NCBI GenBank assembly: GCA_963745075.1
Contig: CAVUWV010000010.1
Location: 192,001-256,000 of the forward strand
From: Candidatus Hydrogenedentota bacterium
Lineage (GTDB): Bacteria; Hydrogenedentota; Hydrogenedentia; Hydrogenedentales; SLHB01
Direction of reading: 5' to 3'
DNA: 64,000 bases
A program made the position numbers and the translations under genes. A model generated the notes under the pieces. That model was not told where the DNA came from. It ran no database searches and was given only the letters and a program-made list of their open reading frames with translations. Below are positions 1 to 11,070 of this stretch, in pieces (within the stretch, counting starts at the first letter, position 1; the number at the start of each line of letters is the position of its first letter).

Positions 1-661
1 CGCGCTGCTCGTGATGGACCTCGCTTTCCTGGGCACAAACCTGCTGAAGTTTCTCCAGGGCGGTTGGATCCCGCTCGCCGTTTCACTGGTCGTATGGGGG
101 GTGATGCATTGCTGGCGACACGGACAGAGCACGGTCGGGAGGTGGGTGGAAGAGGCCACCGTCCCCGTAGAAGCGGTTCAGAAGCGCATCAAGGAGGATC
201 AATTGCCCCGGGTGCCGGGGACCGCAGTCTTCTTGACCGCGCAGCCCCAGGGGGTGCCTATGATTCTCGTCCGACATATCGAGCACAATCAAGTGTTGCA
301 CGAGCGCGTGGTCCTGACAACGGTGGAGATGGAAAAGGTGCCGAGGGTGTCCTGGAAAGAGCGTGTCGAAGTGAAGGAACTCGGCGACGGTTTGTGGCGA
401 ATGATCTTGCACTATGGATTCATGGAAGATCCCAATATCCCGGCCGTGCTTCGCAGAGAAAAGGAAAAGCTGGACCTGGACCTCGAAAAGGTGACGTACT
501 ACGTGGGGCACCTGATGTTGGTTCGAAGCGAAGCGGATCGGAGACGCTCCTGGCGTACCAGAGTGTACGCCGTGTTGGCCCGAAATGCCGCCGAGTCAAC
601 CGCGTTCTACGGCCTGCCCGCCGACCGTGTCTTTGACACCGGGGTGCGGGTGGAATTGTAA
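1..661 (+). CDS. kup: KUP/HAK/KT potassium transporter, C-terminal part (5' truncated by window)
   Basis: KFLQGGWIPL, PRVPGTAVFLT, HNQVLHERVV and HYGFMEDP motifs, ending in GVRVEL. Confidence 0.9.
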   Translation, partial: ALLVMDLAFLGTNLLKFLQGGWIPLAVSLVVWGVMHCWRHGQSTVGRWVEEATVPVEAVQKRIKEDQLPRVPGTAVFLTAQPQGVPMILVRHIEHNQVLHERVVLTTVEMEKVPRVSWKERVEVKELGDGLWRMILHYGFMEDPNIPAVLRREKEKLDLDLEKVTYYVGHLMLVRSEADRRRSWRTRVYAVLARNAAESTAFYGLPADRVFDTGVRVEL

Positions 662-744
662 CCCTCGGGACTCGCCGCAGGCCCCGTCACCGAATGATCC
701 CTTGACCTCGCAAAAGTATCCCCGCATGCGAACACGCCATACAC

Positions 745-1953
745 CTACTTGCTTTGCTCCTGGAGTTGCCGCAGCCGTTCGAGCGTCTGATTGATCTGTT
801 CGATGTGAGTCAGGTGCCCGGAGTCCTGATACGTGTCCCGTATCTTCACAAAACGCGCGTCCCGCGCTTTGAACGCTTCAATCACGTCCGGGTCAAAGTG
901 GCTTTCCGCCGCTTCCAGAATGATGTCCCGCGATTTCTCGTGAGGAAACGGCTCCTTGTACGGTCGTTTGGATGTCAGGGCATCGTACGCATCGCCCAAG
1001 GCCACGATACGTGCCGGAAGCGGAATCTCTTCTCCGGAAACGCCATAGGGGTAACCGCTGCCATCCCACTTCTCATGATGGTAGTAGGCGATATCCCGGC
1101 CCATCATCAGGAACGAATTGCCTCCGGCTTCCTCGTCGGCAGCCTTGAGTGTGTCACCGCCGACCAGCGTGTGCGTCTTCATGATGTCGAACTCTTCGAC
1201 GGTCAATTTGCCCGGTTTCAGCAGGATTTGATCCGGAATGCCGACCTTCCCAATGTCGTGGAGCGGACTCGAATAAAACAGAATCTCCACGAAACCGCTG
1301 TCGATGATTCCATCGTACTTTGGCCAGGAACCCATTTCGATGGCGATTTCACGGACATACCGGCGCATCCGTTCGAGATGTTCCCCCGTTTCCGGGTCGC
1401 GTGACTCGGCGAGTCGCGCCATGGAAAACATGGTGACCTGTTGCGTTCTCTCGAGTTGCGAGGTCCGTTCCCGCACCCGTTCCTCCAGGGCCTGATTGTC
1501 ACCCTCCAGACGCCGCTGGTACTTGATGATCTGATCCTGCAGGGCCTTCGATTTGACCGACGCACGGATGCGCGCATCGAGAAGCACCGGATCGATGGGC
1601 CGAATAAGGAAGTCGTCGACCCCTGCTTCCAAGGCCCGAATATTGGCTTCGTGCTCGGCCACGCCGGTGATGATGATAATCGGAATGTGCCGCGTCAAGA
1701 GATCGCGCTTTAACCGGTCACAAACCTCGAACCCGTTCATGTCCGGCATGACCAGATCAAGGAGTATGACGTCCGGAGGATCCTCCGCCACCATCTCCAA
1801 TGCGGCAGGGCCACTCAACGCTTCCGTAATGGTGTACCCTTTCGGCACCAGGAGACGCCGCATCAGTGCGATGTTCTCCGCCATGTCGTCCACCACCAGT
1901 ATCGTTGGACGGTCCTCTTCCGGCTCGGGCAATATCGGGCTCACCGAAGACAT
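745..1953 (-). CDS. Response regulator with HD-GYP c-di-GMP phosphodiesterase domain (RpfG-like)
   Basis: REC domain (ILVVDD, ILLDLVMP), ETGEHLER, LHDIGKVGIPD and HHEKWDGSGYP; ATG at 1953 chosen as start. Confidence 0.9.
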   Translation of the reverse strand: MSSVSPILPEPEEDRPTILVVDDMAENIALMRRLLVPKGYTITEALSGPAALEMVAEDPPDVILLDLVMPDMNGFEVCDRLKRDLLTRHIPIIIITGVAEHEANIRALEAGVDDFLIRPIDPVLLDARIRASVKSKALQDQIIKYQRRLEGDNQALEERVRERTSQLERTQQVTMFSMARLAESRDPETGEHLERMRRYVREIAIEMGSWPKYDGIIDSGFVEILFYSSPLHDIGKVGIPDQILLKPGKLTVEEFDIMKTHTLVGGDTLKAADEEAGGNSFLMMGRDIAYYHHEKWDGSGYPYGVSGEEIPLPARIVALGDAYDALTSKRPYKEPFPHEKSRDIILEAAESHFDPDVIEAFKARDARFVKIRDTYQDSGHLTHIEQINQTLERLRQLQEQSK

Positions 1954-2347
1954 AAACTGCGCTCGCTCTGACCGGGGGAGATTCGTTCGAGACTCATTCT
2001 CTGTCCTTTCGAAGAGGTAGACCCCGCCTACGTCAAGCCGCACCCGGGGATGATCGGCATCTCGCCTGGCAGCTTGAGGCGTATACCCTTTCTCTATCGC
2101 AATCGTATCACAGGGATAGTCAGCCCGCAAGCGGCGCATTTGCCGCAGAACGCCACCTGAGTTCGGGCTTTTATTTGCGTGCGTGTTTCAAAAGTGGTCA
2201 TCACGCGGTTCATAAGACGTGCGGCGAATGTAGCGACGATCAACGGCACGAGACATAGCCACCGGTATTTGCGGGCGATGGCCGTTGATTCACGGCGATC
2301 CCATCCGGCATACTCGCCCATCGCGAATGTAAACCCGCTGAGGAACG

Positions 2348-2737
2348 ATGCCTGGTAAGCAGAAAGCCGTAAACTCCGGCAAAGAGTTGCAGATGGAAGT
2401 AGCCCGTTTGGGGGGCGCGCTGGGCCTTATCGTGGAGTTGGAGGTGCAGGTAGGGCGCCGAATCTGGGGCGCCAAGCGCCGGATCGATGTCGTTCTGAAG
2501 CATCCCGAGACGCGTGTGAGCCTTGGGGTCGAATGCAAGTACCAGGAAGTGAGTGGCAGCGCGGAAGAGAAGATTCCCGCGACCCTGGAAGACATTCGCG
2601 CCTGGCCCATCCGCGGCATCGTCGTCTATTGCGGCCGAGGCTTCTCGACGAACATGGAATCCTACCTGTTGTCGACCGGCATGGCCGTCGAACTTGCCGA
2701 CCTGCAGGACTGGCTGGAGTTGTATTTCGGGTTATGA
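2348..2737 (+). CDS. Small PD-(D/E)XK nuclease-superfamily protein, putative restriction endonuclease
   Basis: E...RIDVV...VECKYQ..SGSAEEK pattern; its stop overlaps the methylase ATG (ATGA at 2734-2737). Confidence 0.65.
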   Translation: MPGKQKAVNSGKELQMEVARLGGALGLIVELEVQVGRRIWGAKRRIDVVLKHPETRVSLGVECKYQEVSGSAEEKIPATLEDIRAWPIRGIVVYCGRGFSTNMESYLLSTGMAVELADLQDWLELYFGL

Positions 2738-3585
2738 GAAACGTTCGCCGGAGGTTGGTGGTCCCGCGTCCCTTTCTCAAGTGGGTCGGGGGGAAGGGGC
2801 AGCTTCTCGAACCCCTGCTTCGCCAAGTCGAACGAGCCGGGGCGTTCGGCCGATACCACGAACCCTTCGTGGGAGGCGGCGCCTTGTTCTTCGAGCTGGC
2901 GCGCACAAACCGGCTGGGCCGAAAGCAAGCCTATCTCAGCGACAACAACGACCGGCTCATCGACGCCTACCGCGCCGTCAAAGACAACGTCGAGCGCGTC
3001 ATTGACCTGCTCCACGGGCATAAGGAACGCCATTCGGAACCCTATTACTACGAGGTCCGAGGCCAAGTGCCCGACGATGTGTACGAGCGCGCTGCACGAA
3101 TCATTTACTTGAACAAGACCTGCTATAACGGCTTGTTTCGCGAGAACAGCCGGGGAATTTTCAACGTGCCCTTCGGCCGGTACAAGAATCCCAGGATCTG
3201 CGACGAACCGAATTTACGCGCGGCGACCCAGGCGTTGGCTCGTGCCAAGGTTTCGGTTCGTTCCTTCGATACGGTGCTCAAGCAGGCGCAACCCGGCGAC
3301 CTCGTGTACTTCGATCCGCCCTACCACCCCGTGTCCAAGACCGCCTCGTTCACGGCCTACGACAAAGGAGGCTTTGGTGTGAAGGCCCAGGAGCGTCTCG
3401 CCGAAGTTGCACGCGCCCTCGACCAGAAGGGCGTCAAATTCATCTTGTCTAATTCCATGACGGAGCTGATTCGTACGTTATACAAACCGCACTTCCACGT
3501 TGACGAAGTCTACGCAACGCGAGCGGTCAACAGCCGCGCTGACCGTCGTGGGAAAGTTTCTGAGGCGCTCGTTCACAATTTCTGA
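2734..3585 (+). CDS. dam: Dam-family (D12 class) DNA adenine methyltransferase
   Basis: PFLKWVGGK, YHEPFVGGGALFF, YLNKTCYNGL..FNVPFG and YFDPPY motifs. Confidence 0.9.
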   Translation: MRNVRRRLVVPRPFLKWVGGKGQLLEPLLRQVERAGAFGRYHEPFVGGGALFFELARTNRLGRKQAYLSDNNDRLIDAYRAVKDNVERVIDLLHGHKERHSEPYYYEVRGQVPDDVYERAARIIYLNKTCYNGLFRENSRGIFNVPFGRYKNPRICDEPNLRAATQALARAKVSVRSFDTVLKQAQPGDLVYFDPPYHPVSKTASFTAYDKGGFGVKAQERLAEVARALDQKGVKFILSNSMTELIRTLYKPHFHVDEVYATRAVNSRADRRGKVSEALVHNF

Positions 3586-3624
3586 TGCGCCCTCCCGGGC
3601 AGGCGATGGGAGCGCGCTATACGG

Positions 3625-5110
3625 TTAAAGCAGCGCTCCGCTGTGTATCAGTTCGGTGGCTTTCTCGGAGAGGACAGGATCGAATTGGGTGCCGCTCTTT
3701 TTCCGCAATTCCGCCATGATAATCTCCGGGGAAAGAGCCTTCCGGTAGGGACGGTCGCTGAACATTGCGACTATCGCTTCCGCAATGCAGACAAGCCGCA
3801 CCACCAGCGGGATCGCCTCTCCCGACAACCCGTCCGGGTACCCCGAGCCGTCCATATGCTCGTGATGGTGCCGCACGATCTGGCGGTACTCGCGCGGCAA
3901 CATTTCCGCGGCACTCACAATGTCGTACCCGATAATCGTGTGCTGCTGGACTTGCTCCCGCTCTTCGGGACTGAGTTGCTCCGGCTTTTGCAAGACTTCC
4001 GGGCTGATCCCCAGGTTTCCGATATTGTGGAACATCGCCACAAGCCCCAGTTGTTCGCATTCCCGCGGCGCAAGACCCATACGTTCGGCCAATTGCGTTG
4101 CCACGTCCCGCACGCGGCTGCTGTGCCCGCGGAGATACTGGTCCCGCGCCTCCATGCAGTTGGGCCATGTTTTCCAGCGCGGCAACGTGTGCGTTCTCCG
4201 CTTTCCGGATTCTCCGAATGTTCCACATCGCCGCTGCCGCATGGTTCGCCACGATGTCGAGCGTCTTCAGATCCGCTTCCGTGAACCGGCCGTTCCCGTG
4301 CTTTCCGCAAACGTTCAGGACGGCGAGCACTTGAGGCGGTGTCGTCGAGCCCTCCGATACGGCTCGAGTCTTGAGCGGCAGCGATACGAAGGAGGTCTCG
4401 GTAAGTCGCCGGCTCATTTGTTCCACTTCGGGATGGTTCGCGATGTTTTCTACGAGAATGGACGCGCCGCTTGCCGCGACCTTCCCCGAAATGCTCTTCC
4501 CGATCTCGACCGTTGTGGACTTGGCTTCGTCCGAGAGGCCCGCGCTCGCCGCGACTTCCAACGTATGGCCGTTCTGACCGGCGATCATGAGGGAGCCACG
4601 GTATGCGCCTACCTGGTTCAGCGCTGCCTGCAGGACGAACTCCAATAGCTGACTCTCATCTTGCATACCGGCCATGGACTCGCTGATATCGAAGATCTCC
4701 GTAAGTTCGCGCAATCGCGCGTTCTCCGTAGCCAACCGGTATCGTTCGATGGCGTTGGCAACCGCCAGCTTCACTTCACTCAGGCTGAACGGTTTCAGGA
4801 CGTAGTCGTAGGCGCCTTCTTTTACCGCGGCGCGCGCAGTCTCCAGCGTGGCGAATCCCGTCATGACGATGGGAATGAGGGTGGGGCGAATCTTGCGAGC
4901 TTCACGGATGAGCTGGATGCCGTCCATATCCGGCATCATGATATCCGTGAACAGAAGGACGAAATCTTCCCGGTCACGCAGTAAATCCAATGCCGCCGGC
5001 GCGTTCGACCTGGCCTCCACAGGATATCCGTCATCCTCGAGAATATCGGTTAAGAGTTCCCGGATGACGGCCTCATCATCTACGACCAGGATCTTATTCG
5101 TACTATTCAT
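3625..5110 (-). CDS. REC-GAF-HD-GYP signalling protein (one frameshift near 4163)
   Basis: REC and GAF domains in ORF 3617..5179; HD-GYP part (GHSSRV, FHNIGNL, HHEHMDGSGYP) in ORF 3625..4242; removing one base joins them. Confidence 0.8.
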
Positions 5111-5179
5111 AAATCCTGCCTGTGGAGTCCACACTTCCGAAATGATACCACATGGGGAAACGTATTGCCCAACGCTCAA

Positions 5180-6553
5180 TCACTTCAGTGATTTACGCGC
5201 CGCACGCAACGCAGTGCGCACACGGCGCGGCGATGTCCCGCCGGGATGGTCCCGCCGTTGGACGATCGATTTCGTGTCGAGCACGCGATGTACATCCCGC
5301 TCAAAACACGAATGGAACACGGCAAATTCCCCCGTGGTCAATTCCGGCAGGCGTTTGCCGTTCTTGATGCAATGGAGCACGATCCGTCCGACCACCCCAT
5401 GGGCCTCCCGGAACGGGACTCCTTTCCCAACGAGATAGTCCGCCAAATCGGTCGCTTCCAGGAATCCTTCACGCGTTGCCTTCTCCATCGCATCCGCGCG
5501 AACCGCGATCGAAGGAATCATGCGCGCCACGACCGCCACACACAATTGCACGGTGTCGGCAGCGTCAAACAACGGCTCCTTGTCTTCCTGGAGGTCCCGG
5601 TTGTAGGTCAGGGGGAGTCCCTTCATTAACGTCAACAGTGCGGTGAGATCGCCGAAAACACGGCCCGTCTTGCCGCGGACCAACTCGGCCACGTCCGGAT
5701 TCTTTTTCTGCGGCATGATGCTCGATCCCGTCGTATAGGCGTCGCCGATCTCGATAAATCCGAATTCCGGCGTGGACCAGAGAATCAGCTCCTCGCACAA
5801 GCGGCTCAGATGCATCATCACCAGCGAAGCGTTCGAGCAGAATTCGATCGCGAAGTCCCGATCGGATACGGAATCCATGCTGTTCGGCGAAATCGCGTCG
5901 AATTCCAGCGCGTCTGCCACCATCTTGCGGTCAATGGGGTAGGGGGTGCCCGCCAGCGCGGCCGAACCCAGGGGCAATACGTTAACCCGCCGCCGCAATT
6001 GGGCAAAGCGTTCCGCGTCCCGCGAGAACATCTCGTAATACGCCAGATAGTGGTGGGCCAGCAGCACGGGCTGCGCGTGCTGAAGGTGGGTACACCCCGG
6101 AAGTACTACGTCAATGTGCTGTTCTCCGAACGCCACGAAGGCGAGACGAAGTTCGCGGAGCAGCCCCAGGAGCGCATCGATCTGGTCGCGCATCCACAGC
6201 CGGACGTCCGTCGCGATCTGATCGTTCCGGCTCCGCCCCGTGTGTAGGCGCTTTCCTGCATCGCCGATGCGTTTGACCAGCGCCGCTTCGATGTTCGTAT
6301 GCACATCTTCCAGCGACGGGTCGAACCTGAACTTGCCGGATTCGATTTGCTTCGCAATGGTCTTAAGGCCCGACACGATCGTGCGCGCGTCGGTCTTGGT
6401 CAGGATGCCCTGTTCGCCAAGCATGCGCGCGTGCGCAATGCTGGCGCGGATATCCCACGGCGCCAGCCGTGCATCAAACGACACGGATTCGCCCAGTATC
6501 TCGACCAAGGCATCGGTCTTCGCCTCGAACCGGCCGCCCCACTGTTTCGCCAT
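5180..6553 (-). CDS. argH: Argininosuccinate lyase
   Basis: WGGRF, LHTGRSRNDQ and GSSIMPQKKNPD motifs. Confidence 0.97.
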   Translation of the reverse strand: MAKQWGGRFEAKTDALVEILGESVSFDARLAPWDIRASIAHARMLGEQGILTKTDARTIVSGLKTIAKQIESGKFRFDPSLEDVHTNIEAALVKRIGDAGKRLHTGRSRNDQIATDVRLWMRDQIDALLGLLRELRLAFVAFGEQHIDVVLPGCTHLQHAQPVLLAHHYLAYYEMFSRDAERFAQLRRRVNVLPLGSAALAGTPYPIDRKMVADALEFDAISPNSMDSVSDRDFAIEFCSNASLVMMHLSRLCEELILWSTPEFGFIEIGDAYTTGSSIMPQKKNPDVAELVRGKTGRVFGDLTALLTLMKGLPLTYNRDLQEDKEPLFDAADTVQLCVAVVARMIPSIAVRADAMEKATREGFLEATDLADYLVGKGVPFREAHGVVGRIVLHCIKNGKRLPELTTGEFAVFHSCFERDVHRVLDTKSIVQRRDHPGGTSPRRVRTALRAARKSLK

Positions 6554-6598
6554 ATCGCGTCAGCTTCCCATGGTTGGTCTACGCGCGAGCACGTACGC

Positions 6599-7816
6599 CT
6601 ACGATTCCAATCCTGCGTTTTTTCGTACCCGCAGGCGCAACGCATTCAGCCGGATGAAGGCGCCGGCATCGCTCTGGGCATAGGCCCCCTCGTCTTCTTC
6701 GAAGGTCGAAATCTGCGGGTCGTACAAGGATTTCGGCGCTTTGCGGCCCACGACCGTGCAGTTCCCCTTGAAGAGTTTGAGTCGCGCCGTTCCCGTGACG
6801 TTCTCCTGGCTCTGGTCTACAAACGCCTTGAGCAGTTTCATCTCTGGCGCGAACCAGAATCCGTTGTACATGAGTTGGGCGATCTTGGGAGACAGCCGGT
6901 CGCGCTCCAGCATGACTTCGCGGTCCATGGTGATCGATTCCACTGCGCGATGGGCCGCATACAGGATGGTCCCGCCCGGCGTCTCGTAAACCCCCCGGGA
7001 TTTCATCCCTACAAACCGGTTCTCGACCAAGTCGACCCGGCCGACCCCGTTCGCGCCTGCCACCGCGTTCAAGGTTTCCATCAGTTCGACTGCTCCCAAC
7101 CGTTTCCCATCGACGGCAACCGGAGTGCCTTCCTCGAAATCCACCTCCACGTAGGTGGGCGCATCGGGCGCTTGCGAAGGGTCCACCGAGCGCCGGAACA
7201 TGTCCATCGGGGGCTCGTTCCAGGGATCCTCCAGGATGCCGCCTTCGTAGGAGATGTGCAGCAGGTTCGCGTCCATCGAATACGGCTTCGCCGCCGTGAC
7301 CGGAACGTCGATGCCGTGCTTCTTCGCGTAATCGAGCATCTTCGTGCGACTCGTCAGGTCCCACTTCGGGTCGCGCCACGGCGCAATGATAGTCACGTTC
7401 GGCTCCAGCGCCAGATAGGTCAACTCGAACCGAACCTGGTCATTCCCTTTCCCCGTGGCGCCGTGGGATACCGCATCGGCCTTTTCCTTGCGGAGGACGT
7501 CGATTTGTCCCTTGGCGATGAGGGGCCGAGCAATGCTGGTGCCCAACAGGTAAGAGCCTTCGTAGATTGCATTGGCTCGCATGGCCGGGAACACGTAGTC
7601 CCGCACGAATTCCTGACGCAAATCCAGGCAGTGCACCGCGCTGGCACCCGTCTTCTTGGCCTTTTCAATCGCTGGGGCCGTCTCTTCGCCCTGTCCAATG
7701 TCGGCAATATACGCCACAATGTCAGCTTTATACGTCTCTTGCAGCCACTTCAGGATGACCGACGTGTCCAGTCCGCCCGAATAGGCAAGTACAATTTTCT
7801 TTACTTCTGACGCCAT
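6599..7816 (-). CDS. argG: Argininosuccinate synthase
   Basis: [24 protein letters not shown] and [10 protein letters not shown] motifs. Confidence 0.97.
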   Translation of the reverse strand: MASEVKKIVLAYSGGLDTSVILKWLQETYKADIVAYIADIGQGEETAPAIEKAKKTGASAVHCLDLRQEFVRDYVFPAMRANAIYEGSYLLGTSIARPLIAKGQIDVLRKEKADAVSHGATGKGNDQVRFELTYLALEPNVTIIAPWRDPKWDLTSRTKMLDYAKKHGIDVPVTAAKPYSMDANLLHISYEGGILEDPWNEPPMDMFRRSVDPSQAPDAPTYVEVDFEEGTPVAVDGKRLGAVELMETLNAVAGANGVGRVDLVENRFVGMKSRGVYETPGGTILYAAHRAVESITMDREVMLERDRLSPKIAQLMYNGFWFAPEMKLLKAFVDQSQENVTGTARLKLFKGNCTVVGRKAPKSLYDPQISTFEEDEGAYAQSDAGAFIRLNALRLRVRKNAGLES

Positions 7817-7906
7817 TTCCCGTTTCCCTTTCTTAATCTCGAATGCCACGCCTCGTTGGTTTTCCGATTTTGCGGCAGTTTAAGTCCCGCTGCGCGGACC
7901 CGAATT

Positions 7907-8833
7907 TTAGCGGTTCCCCAGCAAACTGACCAGCACCGCCTTCTGCGCGTGAAGGCGATTCTCGGCCTCGTCAAACACAATGGAGCGTTCCCCGTCGATC
8001 ACTTCGTCAGTGACTTCCAGACCACGTTTTGCCGGCAGGCAGTGCATGAATAGCGCATCCGGCTTCGCCAGAGACATGAGCGGAGAATTCACCTGATACG
8101 GAGCGAAGATTTTTGCCCGTTCCTCCGTCTCTTCCTCCTGGCCCATGCTGACCCACACGTCCGTGTAGATTGCGTCGGCGTACTTCAGTCCGGCTTCAAT
8201 GTCGTGGGTGACTTCGACGGTCCCTTTTGCATGACGCTGCGCGTAGGCGAGGATTTCCGGGTCGAGTTCGTATCCTTCCGGGCACACCAGCGTCACATTG
8301 AGCGGAATGCGCGCGGCGAAATTGAACCATGACGCGCACACGTTATTCCCGTCGCCAACGAAGGCCAGCTTCAGACTCCCCAAATCGCCTTTGTGTTCGA
8401 TCAAGGCTTGGGCGTCGGCCAGGACCTGGCAAGGGTGCAGTTTGTCCGTGAGCGCGTTGATCACCGGTACGGAAGAATACGCGGCCAAGTCCACGACCGA
8501 TTCGTGCAGGTACGTGCGTGCCACGATGCCATCCACCCACCGTTCCAGGTTGCGTGCGATGTCCGGGACCGATTCCCGCTCGCCCAGTTTGATCTGGCCG
8601 GACTCCAGCACGATCCCGTGCCCGCCAAGCTGAAAGATGCCGGTCTCGAACGTGACCCGGGTACGCAGGCTCGGCTTCTCAAAGATCATCGCGATGGTCT
8701 TGCCTTCCAGACGATGGGTGGACTTGCCGGCTTTCTGCGCCTTCTTGAGTTCGGCGGCGAGATCGAGCAATGCGGTGATTTCATCCGTCGTCAGGTCTGC
8801 GAGCGAGATGAGGTCGTGGAGCATATCAGCCAT
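7907..8833 (-). CDS. argF: Ornithine carbamoyltransferase
   Basis: FEKPSLRTR, HPCQ, GDGNN, WVSMG and HCLP motifs. Confidence 0.95.
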   Translation of the reverse strand: MADMLHDLISLADLTTDEITALLDLAAELKKAQKAGKSTHRLEGKTIAMIFEKPSLRTRVTFETGIFQLGGHGIVLESGQIKLGERESVPDIARNLERWVDGIVARTYLHESVVDLAAYSSVPVINALTDKLHPCQVLADAQALIEHKGDLGSLKLAFVGDGNNVCASWFNFAARIPLNVTLVCPEGYELDPEILAYAQRHAKGTVEVTHDIEAGLKYADAIYTDVWVSMGQEEETEERAKIFAPYQVNSPLMSLAKPDALFMHCLPAKRGLEVTDEVIDGERSIVFDEAENRLHAQKAVLVSLLGNR

Positions 8834-10013
8834 CTCCGAGGGCGGCGTCGAGCGTCGAGACCACCCGGTCCACTTGGTCGTCCGTCACAATCAGCGGGGG
8901 TACGAACCGCAGCACGTTGGGTCCGGCTGGACCGCATACGATACCGCTGGCAAGCATCTTCTGAACGACGGGGGCGACTGCATCCTTCATTTCCACCCCA
9001 ATCATCAGCCCTTTACCGCGAATCTCGACGATCTGCCCGTGCTTTTGGGCCAGTTCCTTTAACCCGTGAAGGAAATGTTCTCCAACCTTGGCCACTCGAT
9101 CGAGAAATCCCGGCGCGAGCATCGTTTCCAGCGTGGCCTTGGCCGCCGCCGTGCACAGCGGGTTGCCGCCGAAGGTCGTTGCGTGCGAGCCGACGCTGAA
9201 GCCGGACGCCGCTTCTTCCGTGCAGCCCATCGCGCCGATGGGAACCCCGTTCCCCAGGGCCTTCGCGACGGTCATGATATCCGGTGTGACGCCGTAATGC
9301 TCGTGCGCGAACAACTTCCCGGTCCGGCCCATGCCAGTCTGGACTTCGTCAAATAATAACAAGATACCCTTCTTGTCGCACAGTTCGCGAACACCCTGGA
9401 CGAATGCTTCGTCCGCAACGCGCACGCCGCCCTCTCCCTGGATGGGTTCGAGAATGATGGCGCCCGTTTCGGGCGTAATCGCCTCGGTAAGGGCCGCGAG
9501 ATCGTTGAAAGGAACGTGCTTGATGCCCGGAAGCATAGGGGCGAAGCCTTCGTGATATTTCGGTTGCCCCGTTGCCGTGATTGCGGCCATGGTCCGCCCG
9601 TGGAAAGACTGGTTCATGGCGATGATCTCGGGTTTGGGCGTGCCCTTCTGATGCCAGTACCGGCGGGCGAGTTTGAAGGCGGCTTCGACGGCCGTCGCGC
9701 CGCAGTTCGAGAAGAACCACCGATCCGCGAAGGTGTGTTTACATAACAACGCCGCAAGTTCGACTTGCGGCTGGGTGTGGTACAGGTTCGAAACATGTAC
9801 CAGCGTCTTCGCCTGGGTGCAGAGGGCCTCGGTCACCGCGGGATGGCAGTGTCCCAGGCCGACCACAGCGATGCCCGCAAAGAAGTCGAGGTACTCCTTG
9901 CCGTCGGCATCCCAAAGCGCCGTCCCCTTGCCGCGGACGAAGGCCAGATCCCGCGATCCGTAGGTGTTGATGATGTGCGCTTCCCCGAGGGCTTTGATCT
10001 CGCTTGTATTCAT
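8826..10013 (-). CDS. argD: Acetylornithine aminotransferase
   Basis: Class III aminotransferase motifs FHGRT, EPIQGEGG, DEVQTGMGRTG and AKALGNG; lies in the arg cluster. Confidence 0.93.
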   Translation of the reverse strand: MNTSEIKALGEAHIINTYGSRDLAFVRGKGTALWDADGKEYLDFFAGIAVVGLGHCHPAVTEALCTQAKTLVHVSNLYHTQPQVELAALLCKHTFADRWFFSNCGATAVEAAFKLARRYWHQKGTPKPEIIAMNQSFHGRTMAAITATGQPKYHEGFAPMLPGIKHVPFNDLAALTEAITPETGAIILEPIQGEGGVRVADEAFVQGVRELCDKKGILLLFDEVQTGMGRTGKLFAHEHYGVTPDIMTVAKALGNGVPIGAMGCTEEAASGFSVGSHATTFGGNPLCTAAAKATLETMLAPGFLDRVAKVGEHFLHGLKELAQKHGQIVEIRGKGLMIGVEMKDAVAPVVQKMLASGIVCGPAGPNVLRFVPPLIVTDDQVDRVVSTLDAALGDG

Positions 10014-10199
10014 GGTCCCGTGCTCCCCTGTTCCTGCGTTGCCGCGCCTGCGTTTATGTCATGGGACACGCTATGCGCATTTCCACGCCGGAAGAGGGCT
10101 CCCCTTGCTGGTGACGGATCTGCGTTCCGTTACCCCAGTTGTGGTAATAAACAGTTCGAGCGCGCTCGAAACAATGCCGAACGCGCCCGGTACGAACGT

Positions 10200-10542
10200 T
10201 TAGGCGGCCTCTCCGCCGCCGGATGGCTTCTTCGTCGAGTTCGACTTAGAATCGGTTTTCGTCTCGGACTTTCCTTCGGATTTGGACTCGGATTTGGATT
10301 CGGATTTGGTCGGATTTCGAGTCCGAACCGTTCGCTTCTTTGGTCTTTCCGTTGGAGCCGTTTTTGTAGTCGGTTTGGTAAAACCCCGAACCCTTAAAGA
10401 TGATACCGGCCCCCGTCCCGATCAGTCGCTTCATGCGCTTGCTGCCGCAGCTTTCACAGGAGATCTTGGGCGTCGCGGACATGCTGTGAAAGACGTCCGT
10501 TATCGTCTCACATTTCTGACACTGATACGAATACGTTGGCAT
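10200..10542 (-). CDS. FmdB-family zinc-ribbon protein with S/K/E-rich tail (frameshift near 10309)
   Basis: MPTYSYQCQKC...CESC...FKGSGFYQTDY; the shifted frame reads KSESKSESKSEG...GEAA to a TAA at 10200-10202. Confidence 0.85.
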
Positions 10543-11070
10543 CGTTGGAACCACTCCCTGATTACACAAGGGTTATGCACGGTCCGCGCCGAGGGTGAAC
10601 CTTCCACCCGAAGGAACACGCACGGACCGTCCAGCCGGTTCGACTGGGCCGGCACAGCGTCTTACCGGATATCCAAACACCGGAATCATGCCGGATTCAT
10701 CCCCGCACCGCCGGTGCAAAGGTGGGCCGGGTCCAAGGCCCGTGAACGCAAAAGCCGTTCGCGCCTTGAAAAGGGGGTAATTTAGCAGGTTTCCCGTTGA
10801 AAATCAAAGCGATAGCGACGGCTGGCGCCTAAACCGAGGCGGAGGGGCCGAACTGATCCGACCGATCGCGTCTGATCGGTCCATAGCGTCTATCGTGTCC
10901 AACGCGTCCATTTTCCTCCCTCGGCCATCCGCCGCCGGGATTTCCCGGGATCTCCGCAACTCCCCTGCGGAACGATTTCTCGCCGTTTCGGGATACAGAC
11001 TATAGATGCGTAAGATGCTGATAAATGAAAGTTTATCGCTTTAATTAGATTTTTTAGAACGGATATTCAC

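Noticed and set aside
6299..7810. Long antisense ORFs such as 6299..7810, 22496..24193, 37674..39065, 54995..56299, 58795..60288 and 61092..62981
   Set aside because: They are shadow ORFs opposite well-supported genes, expected in high-GC coding DNA, with no recognisable motifs.
10246..10325. TCGGATTTGGA repeats as a non-coding repeat element
   Set aside because: They encode the low-complexity KSES tail of the FmdB protein.
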